NCBI GenBank assembly: GCA_963835455.1
Contig: CAWIFT010000003.1
Location: 949,583-1,013,582, forward strand
Origin: an uncultured Actinomycetes bacterium
Lineage (GTDB): Bacteria; Actinomycetota; Acidimicrobiia; IMCC26256; PALSA-610
DNA: 64,000 bases
Reading direction: 5' to 3'
Shown: positions 19,005 to 31,400 of the stretch, one piece after another
How positions within the stretch are numbered: the first letter of the stretch is position 1
How the letters are laid out: the number at the start of each line of letters is the position of its first letter
Translations under genes and position numbers: made by a program
Notes under the pieces: generated by a model
Seen by the model: only the letters and a program-made list of their open reading frames with translations
The model's database searches: none
What the model was told of the DNA's origin: nothing

Positions 19005-20735
19005 CTACATGTCGGCGGGAATCGGCACCGTGTAGGTGTCGCGGCCGGAGCGCAGCACTTTGCCGGGGAGCGCGCCGGTCTGCTCGCCCTCGTTCACGAT
19101 CGTCGTGCCGTTCACGATCACGCGCTGGACACCGATCGCATCGGCGAACAGGCGTGCGGTGCCACCCGGCAGGTCGTTGACCAGCTTGACCTCGTCGGTC
19201 GCAACCGTCGACGGGTCGAACATCACGACGTCGGCGTGGTTGCCCACGCGCAGCTCGCCGCGATCGCGCAGACCGAACAGCTGTGCGGGCGCCTGCGTCA
19301 TCAGCTGTACGCAGCGCTCGAGGGAGATCAGCTGACGGCCGCGGATCGTGTCGGCGAGGAACGATGTGGTGTACGGCGCGCCGCACATGCGGTCGAGGTG
19401 TGCCCCCGCGTCACTGCCGCCGACCAATACGAGCGGGTGATCCCACGCCTCTGCACGCATCTGCCACGACTTGAGGTCGCTGTCGGAGGGCAGTGGCCAG
19501 AGGATCGTCTGCAGATCGTCGTTCAGCACGATGTCGAGCAGCGTGTCGAACGTGCCGCGGTTCTCGCGCTCCGCGAGGTCGGCGACGACGCGACCCTTCA
19601 GGCCGTCGTTGGCGGCGGAGTACGTGTCGCCGATCTGGTAGCGACCCCACGACGCGAGCCGCGAGAACACGCCGGCCTCGGGGGAGCGGGCCTTTTCGTT
19701 CATCCACTGCCGTACCGCGGGGTCGCGCAGCTTGGCCATGCGCTCCGGCACCGGCAGGCTCATCACGTCGGACCAGCCCGGCAGCATGAACAGCGCGCAG
19801 AAGTTCTTGAACGACATGTTCATCTCGACGAGCGTCGGCATCGTCAGCGCGATCGCGGTGCCGCCCTTGTCGCGCGCGAACTCACAGGCGCCGACCTGGT
19901 CGTGGTAGCGCTGCGGCTCCTTCGAATCGATCGTGAGCACGTTCCAGTTCAACGGCCGCCGGCCCGCGAGCGTCATCGCGGCCATCTGCTCGACCTCGTC
20001 GTCGCTGAACCCGCGCAGACAACCGCTCGTCACGTACTCGAGGGTCGTGCCTTCGTGGTTCGAGACGGCGCGGCAAAGCTCGAGCACTTCTTCGTCGCTG
20101 GCCCAACGTGAGCCAACGGGTTCGCCGTCACCGTCGGAGTGGGTGAACGACAACGTCGTCGAGAACCCGAGGCCCCCGGCGGCGATCGAATCCTCGAGCA
20201 GGCGCGTCATCGCCGCGAGTTGATCCGGTGTCGCAACCTTTCCGATCGCGTCGAGCCCCATCACGTTGCGGCGGATCGCGCAGTGGCCGACGAGGAAGCC
20301 GACATTGAGTCCGACCCGGTTGTCGACCGCGTCGAGATACTCGCCGAACGAATGCCACGACCACGGCACACCCGTCTCGAGGGCGGGGAGCGGCATGCCC
20401 TCCACCTTCGCCATCATGCGGCGCAGATAGTCGGCGTCTTCGGGATTGACCGGCGCGAGCGTGAAGCCGCAGTTGCCCGCGATCATGCTCGTCACGCCGT
20501 GGAGGTTCGACGGCGTCGCCGCGGGATCCCAGAACAGTTGCGCGTCGTAGTGCGTGTGCGGGTCGACGAACCCGGGCGCGACGACGAGCCCGTCGGCGTC
20601 GATGGTCTCCGCGGCCTCGTCGCTGATCTTGCCGATCTCGACGATGCGGCCGTCGCGAATCCCGACGTCGGCCTGGCGCGCCGGCTCGCCCGTGCCGTCG
20701 ACGACCGAACCGCCCCGGATCACACTGTCGAGCAT
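19005..20735 (-). CDS. D-aminoacylase / N-acyl-D-amino-acid deacylase family amidohydrolase
   Basis: 576 aa. The N-terminus reads MLDSVIRGGSVVDGTGEPARQADVGIRDGRIVEIG...APGFVDPHTHYDAQLFWDP. Confidence 0.85.
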   Translation of the reverse strand: MLDSVIRGGSVVDGTGEPARQADVGIRDGRIVEIGKISDEAAETIDADGLVVAPGFVDPHTHYDAQLFWDPAATPSNLHGVTSMIAGNCGFTLAPVNPEDADYLRRMMAKVEGMPLPALETGVPWSWHSFGEYLDAVDNRVGLNVGFLVGHCAIRRNVMGLDAIGKVATPDQLAAMTRLLEDSIAAGGLGFSTTLSFTHSDGDGEPVGSRWASDEEVLELCRAVSNHEGTTLEYVTSGCLRGFSDDEVEQMAAMTLAGRRPLNWNVLTIDSKEPQRYHDQVGACEFARDKGGTAIALTMPTLVEMNMSFKNFCALFMLPGWSDVMSLPVPERMAKLRDPAVRQWMNEKARSPEAGVFSRLASWGRYQIGDTYSAANDGLKGRVVADLAERENRGTFDTLLDIVLNDDLQTILWPLPSDSDLKSWQMRAEAWDHPLVLVGGSDAGAHLDRMCGAPYTTSFLADTIRGRQLISLERCVQLMTQAPAQLFGLRDRGELRVGNHADVVMFDPSTVATDEVKLVNDLPGGTARLFADAIGVQRVIVNGTTIVNEGEQTGALPGKVLRSGRDTYTVPIPADM

Positions 20736-20744
20736 CGATATCTC

Positions 20745-21797
20745 CTAGCGCGCCTTGCGCTTCGCATTGTGCACCGCTTCGCGGCGCTTGGCCTGGGCCG
20801 TGATACGCGCCTCGCGCACCTTGATCTCGGCCGCGCGCTTGGCTTCCTTCGCGGCGCGGCGCTGCTCGCGCTTGGCCTCGAGCTCAGCATCACTCAGCTT
20901 GGGTGCCGGTACGGCGGCGAACGCCGGCTTGGCCTCCACGGCAATCGGCGGACCGATCACGAAGCGCTCGTCGGTCGCGAGGAGCTCACGCATGACCGGC
21001 CGGCAGACGGCGTCGCTTGCGGCATACCCCGCGATCATCGCGGTGACGAGGGCGGCGCCGTGCCGTTCGATGACGGCGGGCAGGACCTCGAGCAGATCGT
21101 CGCGCGTCGGGTCCTCGGCACGGTCGCCGAGCGCCTCGATCGTCTCGTCGTTTGCCTGTTGCGCGAGGGCGAAGAGCACCTGCAGCTGGTGATCGGGGCC
21201 CGCGGTCTGCAGCTTGCGGCGCACCAGCGGCATCAGCGCCTCGCCGAGGTGCATGGTCGCCCGCGGCAGCTGGAGTTGCACCGCCACTTCGAGGCGGTTC
21301 TTCTCGGTCATGTCGGCCAGGGCCCGGCGCATGACGTCGTCGTCGAGCGCGGCGAGGGCCTCGGCCATCCGCTCGGCGTCGGCCTCGGCCTCCGCCTGTT
21401 CCTCCGGCGTCAGCTCGCGGTCGTGGTCGTGCCCGTCGTGGTCGTGCCCGTCGTGGTCGTGCCCGTCGTGGTCATGCCCGTCGTGGTCATGGTCGTGCCC
21501 GGACGGCGCCGCGACCGGCTCCACGACCGGCTCGGCCTTCGGCTTGGGCTCGGCCCGCTTGGCCGGAGCCTTGGTGGTCGTGCCCGTCGCCTTGGCGGCC
21601 GGCGCCTTCTTGGCCGCGCCGCCGGTCTTCTTGGCGGGCGTCGCCTTGCCCGTCGCCTTCGCCGCCTCCTTGGCGGGGGCTTTGGCCGGCGCTTTGGCGG
21701 TTGCCTTCGCCGGAGCTTTCGCCGTGGCTTTGCCGGTGGTCTTGGCCGGTTTCGCAGGCGTCTTCGCGGCCGACTTCTTGGTGGGTTCGGGGCTCAT
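20745..21797 (-). CDS. histone-H1-like Lys/Ala/Pro-rich protein with His/Asp repeat and unknown helical domain
   Basis: An ATG at 21797 gives MSPEPTKKSAAKTPAKPAKTTGKATAKAPAKATAKAPAKAPAK, then GHDHDHDGHDHDGHDHDGHDHDGHDHD, then a ~170-aa helical domain and a basic tail (KREQRRAAKEAKRAAEIKVREARITAQAKRREAVHNAKRKAR). The upstream part of the 763-aa ORF is antisense to gcvP. Confidence 0.65.
   Translation of the reverse strand: MSPEPTKKSAAKTPAKPAKTTGKATAKAPAKATAKAPAKAPAKEAAKATGKATPAKKTGGAAKKAPAAKATGTTTKAPAKRAEPKPKAEPVVEPVAAPSGHDHDHDGHDHDGHDHDGHDHDGHDHDRELTPEEQAEAEADAERMAEALAALDDDVMRRALADMTEKNRLEVAVQLQLPRATMHLGEALMPLVRRKLQTAGPDHQLQVLFALAQQANDETIEALGDRAEDPTRDDLLEVLPAVIERHGAALVTAMIAGYAASDAVCRPVMRELLATDERFVIGPPIAVEAKPAFAAVPAPKLSDAELEAKREQRRAAKEAKRAAEIKVREARITAQAKRREAVHNAKRKAR
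21420..21500. repeat. 15-bp tandem repeat (about 5 copies) encoding the (DHDGH)n tract
   Basis: On the + strand, gtcgtggtcgtgccc occurs 3 times, followed by gtcgtggtcatgccc and a partial copy. Confidence 0.9.
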
Positions 21798-21854
21798 CGC
21801 CCTGAAGCTTCGCGCACAGCGAGCGGCTATCGTCGAGCGGACATCGCCGTCGAC

Positions 21855-22020
21855 CTCTGACGGGAGAGCCCGGACGCGCGTTTCGTGCGATCCGGGCGCC
21901 GAAGGAGCAACCACTCCCCGGAATCTCTCAGGCACCCGAACCGTCGGAGCGAGGCAACTCTGGAGTCCGCGACAGAGGGGGAGTCGGGCCGGTCTCGGCT
22001 CGCACCTACGACGCGGAAGA
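21855..22020 (+). promoter_or_regulatory. glycine riboswitch (at least one complete aptamer) in the gcvP leader
   Basis: The region 21855-21949 reads ctCTGACGG-GAGAG-cccgga..tccggg-CGCCGAAGGAGCAA-cc..ccccggaATCTCTCAGGCAcccGAACCGTCGGag. P1 pairs CTGACGG with CCGTCGG. The downstream ~70 nt folds (TCCGCG/CGCGGA) but lacks a clear second GAAGGxGCAA core. Confidence 0.8.
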
Positions 22021-22031
22021 GGTTTCTCGCC

Positions 22032-24891
<2,860 letters not shown>

Positions 24892-24908
24892 CACTCCGAC
24901 GGCGGGCG

Positions 24909-25349
24909 CTACCGGGTATCGGCCCAGCCGCCGGGGGTACGACCGTCGGTGCGCACGAGCCGGTGTGCGAAGAGCCAACGATCACCATCGGGCTCGAGCC
25001 GGTCCTTGTAACGACCCCAGTGATCGACGCCGGCGCCGGTCATCACCGTGAAGTAGCTCGTTGCGTTCGCCTCGCTCGGTGACACGATGTCGACCCGCAC
25101 GCTCGTGACGTGATGCTGCATCCGACCCGGGGGCGCGCTCGTGACGACGTCACTCCCGACGCCGCCGAAGAAGTCGCGGACCGCGGCGCGGCCCTCGGCC
25201 TTCGCGCCGCCGATGCCCACGACCTCGAGAACACCGTCGACGGCGAAGAGCTCGGCGACGTCGTCGAACCGCCCGTTGTCCGCCGAGTACGTGTACGACG
25301 CGATCGTGTGCCGCACCGCTTCGCGCGCACTCACTTCCCACAGATCCAC
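24909..25349 (-). CDS. SnoaL-like / NTF2-fold protein
   Basis: 146 aa. AREAVRHTIASYTYSADNGRFDDVAELFAVDGVLEV and GRYKDRLEPDGDRWLFAHR are present. Confidence 0.65.
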   Translation of the reverse strand: MDLWEVSAREAVRHTIASYTYSADNGRFDDVAELFAVDGVLEVVGIGGAKAEGRAAVRDFFGGVGSDVVTSAPPGRMQHHVTSVRVDIVSPSEANATSYFTVMTGAGVDHWGRYKDRLEPDGDRWLFAHRLVRTDGRTPGGWADTR

Positions 25350-25421
25350 GGCCGTGGACGCTACTCAGCCCGGGTCCGGGGAAAGCAAGGAAGAAAGTGC
25401 TTGCGCTCCTCCGCTCCCGCG

Positions 25422-25443
25422 AATATCTTGATGTCAAGATATT
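25422..25443. promoter_or_regulatory. perfect AT-rich palindrome, probable MarR operator
   Basis: The site reads AATATCTTGA-tg-TCAAGATATT, with 10-bp arms. It lies in the divergent intergenic region 26 nt upstream of the start of the small-gene/MarR unit. Confidence 0.55.
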
Positions 25444-25468
25444 TGACCCCAAAGTAAAGGAGCGGGCA

Positions 25469-25744
25469 ATGGCCAAGGCACTGAGCATCGTGAAGCACCC
25501 GGTGGGCGACTACGCCGCGTGGCGTACGGTCTACGAAGAGGTACAGCCCCTGCGCGACAAGCACGGCGTGAGCGCCGCCGATGTCCTGCAGGACCCCGCC
25601 GACCCGAACAGCGTCACGGTGCTGCATTGGTTCCCGTCCGCGGACCAGGCGCAGGCGTTCGCCGCCGACCCCGGTCTGAAGGAAGCGATGCAGCGTGCGG
25701 GCGTCACCGCCGCGCCCCGCATCGAGATCGTCGTCGAGGCGTAG
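25469..25744 (+). CDS. small (91 aa) dimeric alpha/beta-barrel-like hypothetical protein
   Basis: The ATG at 25469 follows the RBS AAAGGAG. The protein reads MAKALSIVKHPVGDYAAWRTVYEEVQPLRDKHGV...VTVLHWFPSADQAQAFAADPGLKEAMQRAG. Confidence 0.6.
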   Translation: MAKALSIVKHPVGDYAAWRTVYEEVQPLRDKHGVSAADVLQDPADPNSVTVLHWFPSADQAQAFAADPGLKEAMQRAGVTAAPRIEIVVEA

Positions 25745-25747
25745 GCC

Positions 25748-26287
25748 CTGTCTCCGCGCCGGCCTCCCGAGGCCACCGCGTTCGAGCGCGAGTTCCCGGG
25801 TGCACGCTGGCTTGCCAGCCGCTGCGCCCGGGAACTCGAAGTCGTCGGCAACCTCGTCGAAGGCGCGGTCGGCGCCGTGTGTCGCCGGTACGGCCTCTCG
25901 CACGCCGCGTTGAACGCGCTCGCGGTGATGGAAGGCGAAGGCGGGCCCATGCTCACCGGCGAGGTCGCCGCCCGCATGCACATCACCAGCGGGACGGTCA
26001 CGTCGCTGATCGACAACCTCGAACGGAACGAGTACGTCGTCCGCAGCGCCGATGCCGATGACCGTCGCCGCGTGCTGGTCGACATCACTCCCGCCGCGCA
26101 GGCAGTCCTCGACGAGTCCTTGCCCGCGATCCAGCAGGTCTCACGCCGAATCTTCGATGCCCTCGGTCCCCAACGCGAACAGGCGCTGCTCGACATCCTC
26201 GACGATGTCCGGCGGGCGATCGCCGAACTCCCGGCCGACCTCCCGGCAGCCGAACCACGACAGCGACCCGAGCGGTTGACCCGCTGA
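25748..26287 (+). CDS. MarR family transcriptional regulator (start unresolved)
   Basis: The winged-HTH region reads GLSHAALNALAVMEGEGGPMLTGEVAARMHITSGTVTSLIDNLERNEYVVRSADADDRRRVLVDIT. The first ATG/GTG/TTG is GTG 25877, but coding-like sequence in the same frame extends back to the TAG at 25742-25744. The only near-cognate start is CTG 25748. Confidence 0.75.
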   Translation: MSPRRPPEATAFEREFPGARWLASRCARELEVVGNLVEGAVGAVCRRYGLSHAALNALAVMEGEGGPMLTGEVAARMHITSGTVTSLIDNLERNEYVVRSADADDRRRVLVDITPAAQAVLDESLPAIQQVSRRIFDALGPQREQALLDILDDVRRAIAELPADLPAAEPRQRPERLTR

Positions 26288-26303
26288 CTCCGCTCGAGTC
26301 CGG

Positions 26304-26651
26304 TCAGCCCAGGCGCGCGGTAGCGGCTTGCAGGATGTCCGCGAACTCGCGGCGGGGAGCCGGGCGGCGGGGCGAGTCGTAGGCGTCGAAGCGCGGGCAG
26401 CTCGCCGCGAGGGGGATGCGCGGGCGGACGACTGCCGGTGGGCGGGCGTCGACCGGTTGCACCATCGGCCGGTGGGCGATCGGCGCGAGCGCCGCGAGTG
26501 CGTCGGTCAACTCCGCGAATGCGACGCGGTCACCACCGTGGTCGGGGTGGGTGACGAGCGCACGGGCGCGAAAGGCGCGCCGGATCTCCGCGGGTCCGGC
26601 GTCGTTGCCGACGCCGAGCACGATGCGTGCGCGACGGCCGTCCATGGCCAC
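26304..26651 (-). CDS. small J-domain protein
   Basis: 115 aa. IVLGVGNDAGPAEIRRAFRARALVTHPDHGGD contains the HPD tripeptide. A Pro/Arg-rich tail follows. Confidence 0.6.
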   Translation of the reverse strand: MAMDGRRARIVLGVGNDAGPAEIRRAFRARALVTHPDHGGDRVAFAELTDALAALAPIAHRPMVQPVDARPPAVVRPRIPLAASCPRFDAYDSPRRPAPRREFADILQAATARLG

Positions 26652-26729
26652 CTCGTCCTTGAGTCCTGCTCCCGTCCTGGGAGCGCTTCCACCGCGGATC
26701 CTTCCGCAGCTCCCTCTGATCGGCGCCGG

Positions 26730-27125
26730 CTACTCGGGCCTGAACCAAAGGAGCCCGACGGTGTCCGACGCGTGCTCGATTTCGACGACCACGGGGAGAT
26801 CGATCACCAATTCGGACGGTTCGAGCCCGCGCAGGTTGGCCACGACGCGCGGCCCTTCCTCGAGCTCGACGACGAGGATCGCGTACGGCGGTGTGAACGC
26901 GGGGTCGACCGCCCGGTGCGTCGTGGTCCAGGAGTAGACGTGGCCCCGGCCGGATGCCGGCTCCCACGCGACGTCGAGCGACCCGCAGTGCGCGCAGCGC
27001 AAGCGCGGCGGGTGCCGCCACGTTCCGCACGCGGCGCACCGCTGCAAACGCAGTTCGCCGCGGGCCAGGAATGCGTAGAACTCACCGTTCAGGCCGACCG
27101 CCGCGGGCAACAGTCGATCGCTCAT
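26730..27125 (-). CDS. Zn-ribbon/OB-fold DUF35 protein (thiolase partner)
   Basis: 131 aa. [23 protein letters not shown] is a 4-Cys ribbon and is followed by an OB-fold region. The gene is 4-nt coupled to the upstream thiolase-like gene. Confidence 0.8.
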   Translation of the reverse strand: MSDRLLPAAVGLNGEFYAFLARGELRLQRCAACGTWRHPPRLRCAHCGSLDVAWEPASGRGHVYSWTTTHRAVDPAFTPPYAILVVELEEGPRVVANLRGLEPSELVIDLPVVVEIEHASDTVGLLWFRPE

Positions 27126-28327
27126 CGGTCACGTCCCAGCACCACGATGCTCCCGTCGCCGAAGTCGCCCCAACCGGTGACACAGCCGATCTCGGCGCCC
27201 GCGACCTGCGCGGCCCCCGCGTCACCGCGCAGCTGACGCACGGCCTCGACCACGTGGTTCATGCCCCACATGTGTCCTTGCGACAACAGTCCGCCGTGGG
27301 TGTTCGTCGGCAGCGCGCCGCCGTCGAGCCGGAGCACGCCGTCGCGCACGAACGCGCCCGCTTCGCCCCGTTCGCACAGTCCGAGCGCTTCCAACTGCAG
27401 CAGCACGACGTAGGTGAAACAGTCGTAGATCTCCATGAAGTCGAGGTCGGCGGCGCGCACGCCGGCCGCCGCGAGCGCACGCGGCGCGGCATCGGTGAGA
27501 CCGATGCGGAACATGTCGGGCCGGTTCGCGATGTCGTCGGCCGGGTAGGGGTGACCTTCGGCGCCGGCGACGATCACGGCCGGCGGGTGCGGGCGGTCGC
27601 GCGCCCGATCGATCGAGCTGACCACGACCGCGCACGCGCAGTCCGTCTCGAGACAGCAGTCGTAGAGGCGGAACGGCTCCGAGACCCAGCGTGACGCGAG
27701 GTACTCGTCCATCGAGAGCGGGGTCCCGCGCATCAGTGCCCGCTCGTTCAGCTGCGCGTGCGCCCGGAACGTCGTGGCGATCTCGCCGGTGTCCGTTTCG
27801 CGGACGTCGTACAGCTGCTTGTAGCGCATCGCGATCCACGAATAGAACTGCGCGGCGGAGCGCGCGCCGTACGGCAGGTAGAAGTCGAGCACCACGTCGC
27901 CGACGGCACTGCCGTCCAGACCGCGCCGCGGACGCGGAATCCCTTCCCGGGGGCGGAACGCCGAGTACCCGTTCCAGCCCACGACGACGAGGACGTTGCG
28001 GCAAATTCCGGATGCCACCGCCAGGGCCGCGTGTTGCAACGCGGCCACCGCGCTCGCGCCACCCATGTGCACGGTTGTTGCCAAACGCAACGTATCGATA
28101 CCGAAGTTGGCGGCGAGCTCCTCGCTCGTCGTGTAACCCGGCGGCGGGATGATGCCGTCGATATCGCCGGGCGTGAGGCCCGCGTCGGCGATGGCGGACT
28201 CCGAGGCTTGCAGAATCAGCTCGATTGGGAGAAAGGGCGCGCCGCGGACGTAGTCGGTCTCACCGATTCCGACAATCGCCGCTTGTCCACCAAAGCCGCT
28301 GTTCCGGTCCACGAGGGTAGGGAACAT
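27122..28327 (-). CDS. thiolase-like / lipid-transfer (SCP-x type) protein
   Basis: 401 aa. [33 protein letters not shown] and [26 protein letters not shown] are present. Confidence 0.85.
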   Translation of the reverse strand: MFPTLVDRNSGFGGQAAIVGIGETDYVRGAPFLPIELILQASESAIADAGLTPGDIDGIIPPPGYTTSEELAANFGIDTLRLATTVHMGGASAVAALQHAALAVASGICRNVLVVVGWNGYSAFRPREGIPRPRRGLDGSAVGDVVLDFYLPYGARSAAQFYSWIAMRYKQLYDVRETDTGEIATTFRAHAQLNERALMRGTPLSMDEYLASRWVSEPFRLYDCCLETDCACAVVVSSIDRARDRPHPPAVIVAGAEGHPYPADDIANRPDMFRIGLTDAAPRALAAAGVRAADLDFMEIYDCFTYVVLLQLEALGLCERGEAGAFVRDGVLRLDGGALPTNTHGGLLSQGHMWGMNHVVEAVRQLRGDAGAAQVAGAEIGCVTGWGDFGDGSIVVLGRDR

Positions 28328-28426
28328 ACCGCGCGGTATCGAGAGTCAAATTGGTCACAGGGCCTTTCAACCGAGAAGAGGTGCTCGCTACCATTTCCGG
28401 TTGCAGTGGGGTGGCATGGGGGACTC

Positions 28427-31400
28427 ATGAAGTGGCCTGAGCTGAGCGTGGATTCGTCACGTTCGCGGCGCGCTCGGCTGGCGTATCCGCTGGTCTGTGT
28501 CCTGCTGTCCGGCGGCGCGGTCATCGCCGCCGCCACCCCCGCGTTCGCCGCGCCTCCGGCCCAACCTGCGCAGCCGGCAGTCCTCGCCTCGAACGCATCC
28601 ATCTTCGTGACCTTCACGGCGGTCACGGCAACTCCGCCGGTCACGTCGTACACGGCGACGTGCACCTCGTCGAACGGCGGCGCAACCGGAACCACGACCG
28701 GGGTGTCGACCACGCTCGTCGTGGTGGCCCTGACCAACGGCAAGACGTACACGTGCACGGTGTTCGCGACCAACTCCGACGGCGATGGTCCGCCGTCGTT
28801 GGCGTCGACCGCGGCCGTGCCGAACACCGTGCCCGACGCGCCGGCGCCGCCGACGCTCGTGGCCCTGAACGCCGCGCTCGTCGTCACGTTCACACCGCCC
28901 TTCGACGGTGGTTCGCCGATCACGTCGTACAAGGCCACGTGTACCTCCTCGAACGGCGGCGCGCCGGGAACGGCCATGGGCGTGTCGTCGCCGATCGTCG
29001 TGTCGAGCCTGACGAACGCCAAGACGTACACGTGTGCGGTGCTCGCGACGAACGTCGACGGCAATGGTCCGACATCGTTGGCGTCGGCCGCGGCGGTGCC
29101 GAACACCGTGCCCGACGCGCCCGCGCAGCCGACGGTGGTCGGTCTCGGCACCTCGGTCATCGTGACGTTCTCGGCGCCGTTCAACGGCGGTTCGCCGATC
29201 ACGGGATTCACCGCGTCGTGCACGTCGTCGGACGGGGGCGCGCCGGGAACGATGAGTGACGTCGCGTCGCCGATCACGGTGACGGGGTTGACGACGAACA
29301 AAACGTATACGTGCACCGTGCTCGCGTCGAACGTCAACGGCAACGGTCCCGCATCGGTGCCGTCGGTCGCCGTCTTGTTGAATGCGCTGCCGAGTGCACC
29401 CGTGCAGCCGACAGTGGTGGGGCTCATCGGATCGATCGAGGTTTCGTTCGTGCCGCCGTTCGACGGTGGGTCGCCGCTCACGAAGTTCACCGCCGCGTGC
29501 ACCTCGGCGGACGGTGGCGCGGCCGGATTGGGAGTCGACGTTTCGTCGCCGGTCACGGTCGCGAGTTTGACGCCGGGCAAGACGTACACGTGCACCGTGT
29601 TCGCGTCGAACGCGAACGGAGACGGACCCGCCTCGGTGGCGTCCGCGCCGGTGACGTTGATCGCGGTGCCGGACGCGCCCGCCCCGCCGTCGCTCACGCC
29701 CGGCACTTCGAGTGTCAGCGTGGCGTTCACGCCACCCTCGTCGGATGGCGGCTCGCCGATCACCGGATACACCACGGCGTGCGTGTCGTCGGACGGCGGC
29801 ACCCCCGGAACCGCGACCGGTACGAGTTCGCCGATCGTCGTGTCCGGTTTGACGAGCAGCAAGACGTACACGTGCACGGTGTACGCGTCGAACGTCAACG
29901 GTAACGGTGCGGTGTCGCCGGCGTCGGCGCCGGTCGTCGTACTCGAGGCCGTTCCCGGTCAGCCCGCGCCGCCGACGGTCTTGGCCGGCGACAGCAGCAT
30001 CTCGGTGGCATTCGTCGCCCCCGCGGACGGGGGTTCGGCGATCACGGGCTACTCCACGACCTGTACGTCGTCGGACGGCGGCACGCCGGGGACCGCAACC
30101 GGCCTGACTTCGCCGATCCTCGTGACCGCACTGACGAACGGCAACACGTATACGTGCACCGTGTTCGCGTCCAACGCGAACGGCAACGGCCTGCCGTCGT
30201 TCGCCTCGGTCTCGGTGGTGCCGAACGCGGTCCCGGGCGCGCCCGCGTCGCCGAGCGTTCTCGCCGGGACCACGAGCATCCGCGTCACCTTCGTGCCGCC
30301 GTTCAGCGGCGGTTCCCCGATCATCAGCTTCACCGCGAGCTGCGATTCGACGAACGGCGGCGCGTCGGGACTCGTGGCCGGCACGGCGTCGCCGATCACG
30401 GTCGCATCGTTGACCCCGGGCAAGACGTACACGTGCCGCGTCTACGCGACGAACTCCAATGGCGCGGGGCCGTTCTCGTTGCCGTCACCGGCGATCGTCA
30501 TCGCGACCAGGCCGTCGCCGCCGTCGACGCCCTCGGTCACGACCGGGAACGGAAGCGTCACGGTTCGCTTCCACGCGCCGTTCAACGGCGGCGCCGCGAT
30601 CACCTCGTACCAGGCGCGGTGCACGTCGACGAACGGTGGTGCGGGTCACGCCAACTCGAGCAACAGCCTGGCCATCGCGGTGACGGGCCTCACCAACGGC
30701 TACACGTACCGTTGCGTCGTCTCGGCGAGCAATTCGCACGGCACGAGCCCGACCTCGCCGCAGTCGTCGGCGGTCGTCCCGTACAGCCGTGGCTACCGGA
30801 TGTTCTCCGGCGACGGCGGCATCTTCACGTTCGGCGCCTCGGGTTACTACGGCTCGGCGGTCGGCCGCGCCCGTGCGCTCGTCATCAGCATGATCACGAC
30901 GCGCGACAACAAGGGCTACTGGCTCGTCAGCCAAGTCGGCGAAGTGTTCGCCTTCGGCGATGCCAAGTACCACGGCTCGATGGCCGGCGTACGCCTCAAC
31001 CGACCGATCGTCGGGTCCGCGCCGACACCGACCGGAAAGGGCTACTGGCTCGTCGCGAGCGACGGCGGCATCTTCTCGTTCGGCGACGCGCACTTCTACG
31101 GATCGACCGGCAACATCAGGTTGAACCAGCCGATCGTCGGAATGACACCGACGGCCACGGGGCGCGGCTACTGGTTCGTCGCCGCCGACGGCGGTTTGTT
31201 CTCGTTCGGCGACGCGCACTTCCACGGGTCGGCGTCGGGCCGTTCGACGCAACCCGTCATCGGCATGGCCACGAGCGCGACGGGCAACGGCTACTGGATC
31301 GCGACGTTCACCGGCCAAGTGTTCGCGTTCGGCGACGCGCCGGCGTTCCGGAGCGGCCCCCTTCCGGGCCTGCGCGTGCCGATCGTGGGCATCGCCGCCA

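Noticed and set aside
21420-21500. Tandem repeats as a possible CRISPR array (also the FN3 repeats at 28551-30787 and the collagen tract at 61739-61969)
   Set aside because: The repeats are contiguous with no unique spacers. They lie inside ORFs and translate into periodic protein motifs. No cas genes are present.
21950-22020. A second complete glycine aptamer (tandem riboswitch)
   Set aside because: The region folds (CTCT..AGAG, TCCGCG..CGCGGA and an inner 8-bp hairpin). However, I could not find a second GAAGGxGCAA/CTCAGGC core. I therefore left it as an unresolved ghost aptamer or expression platform rather than calling a tandem.
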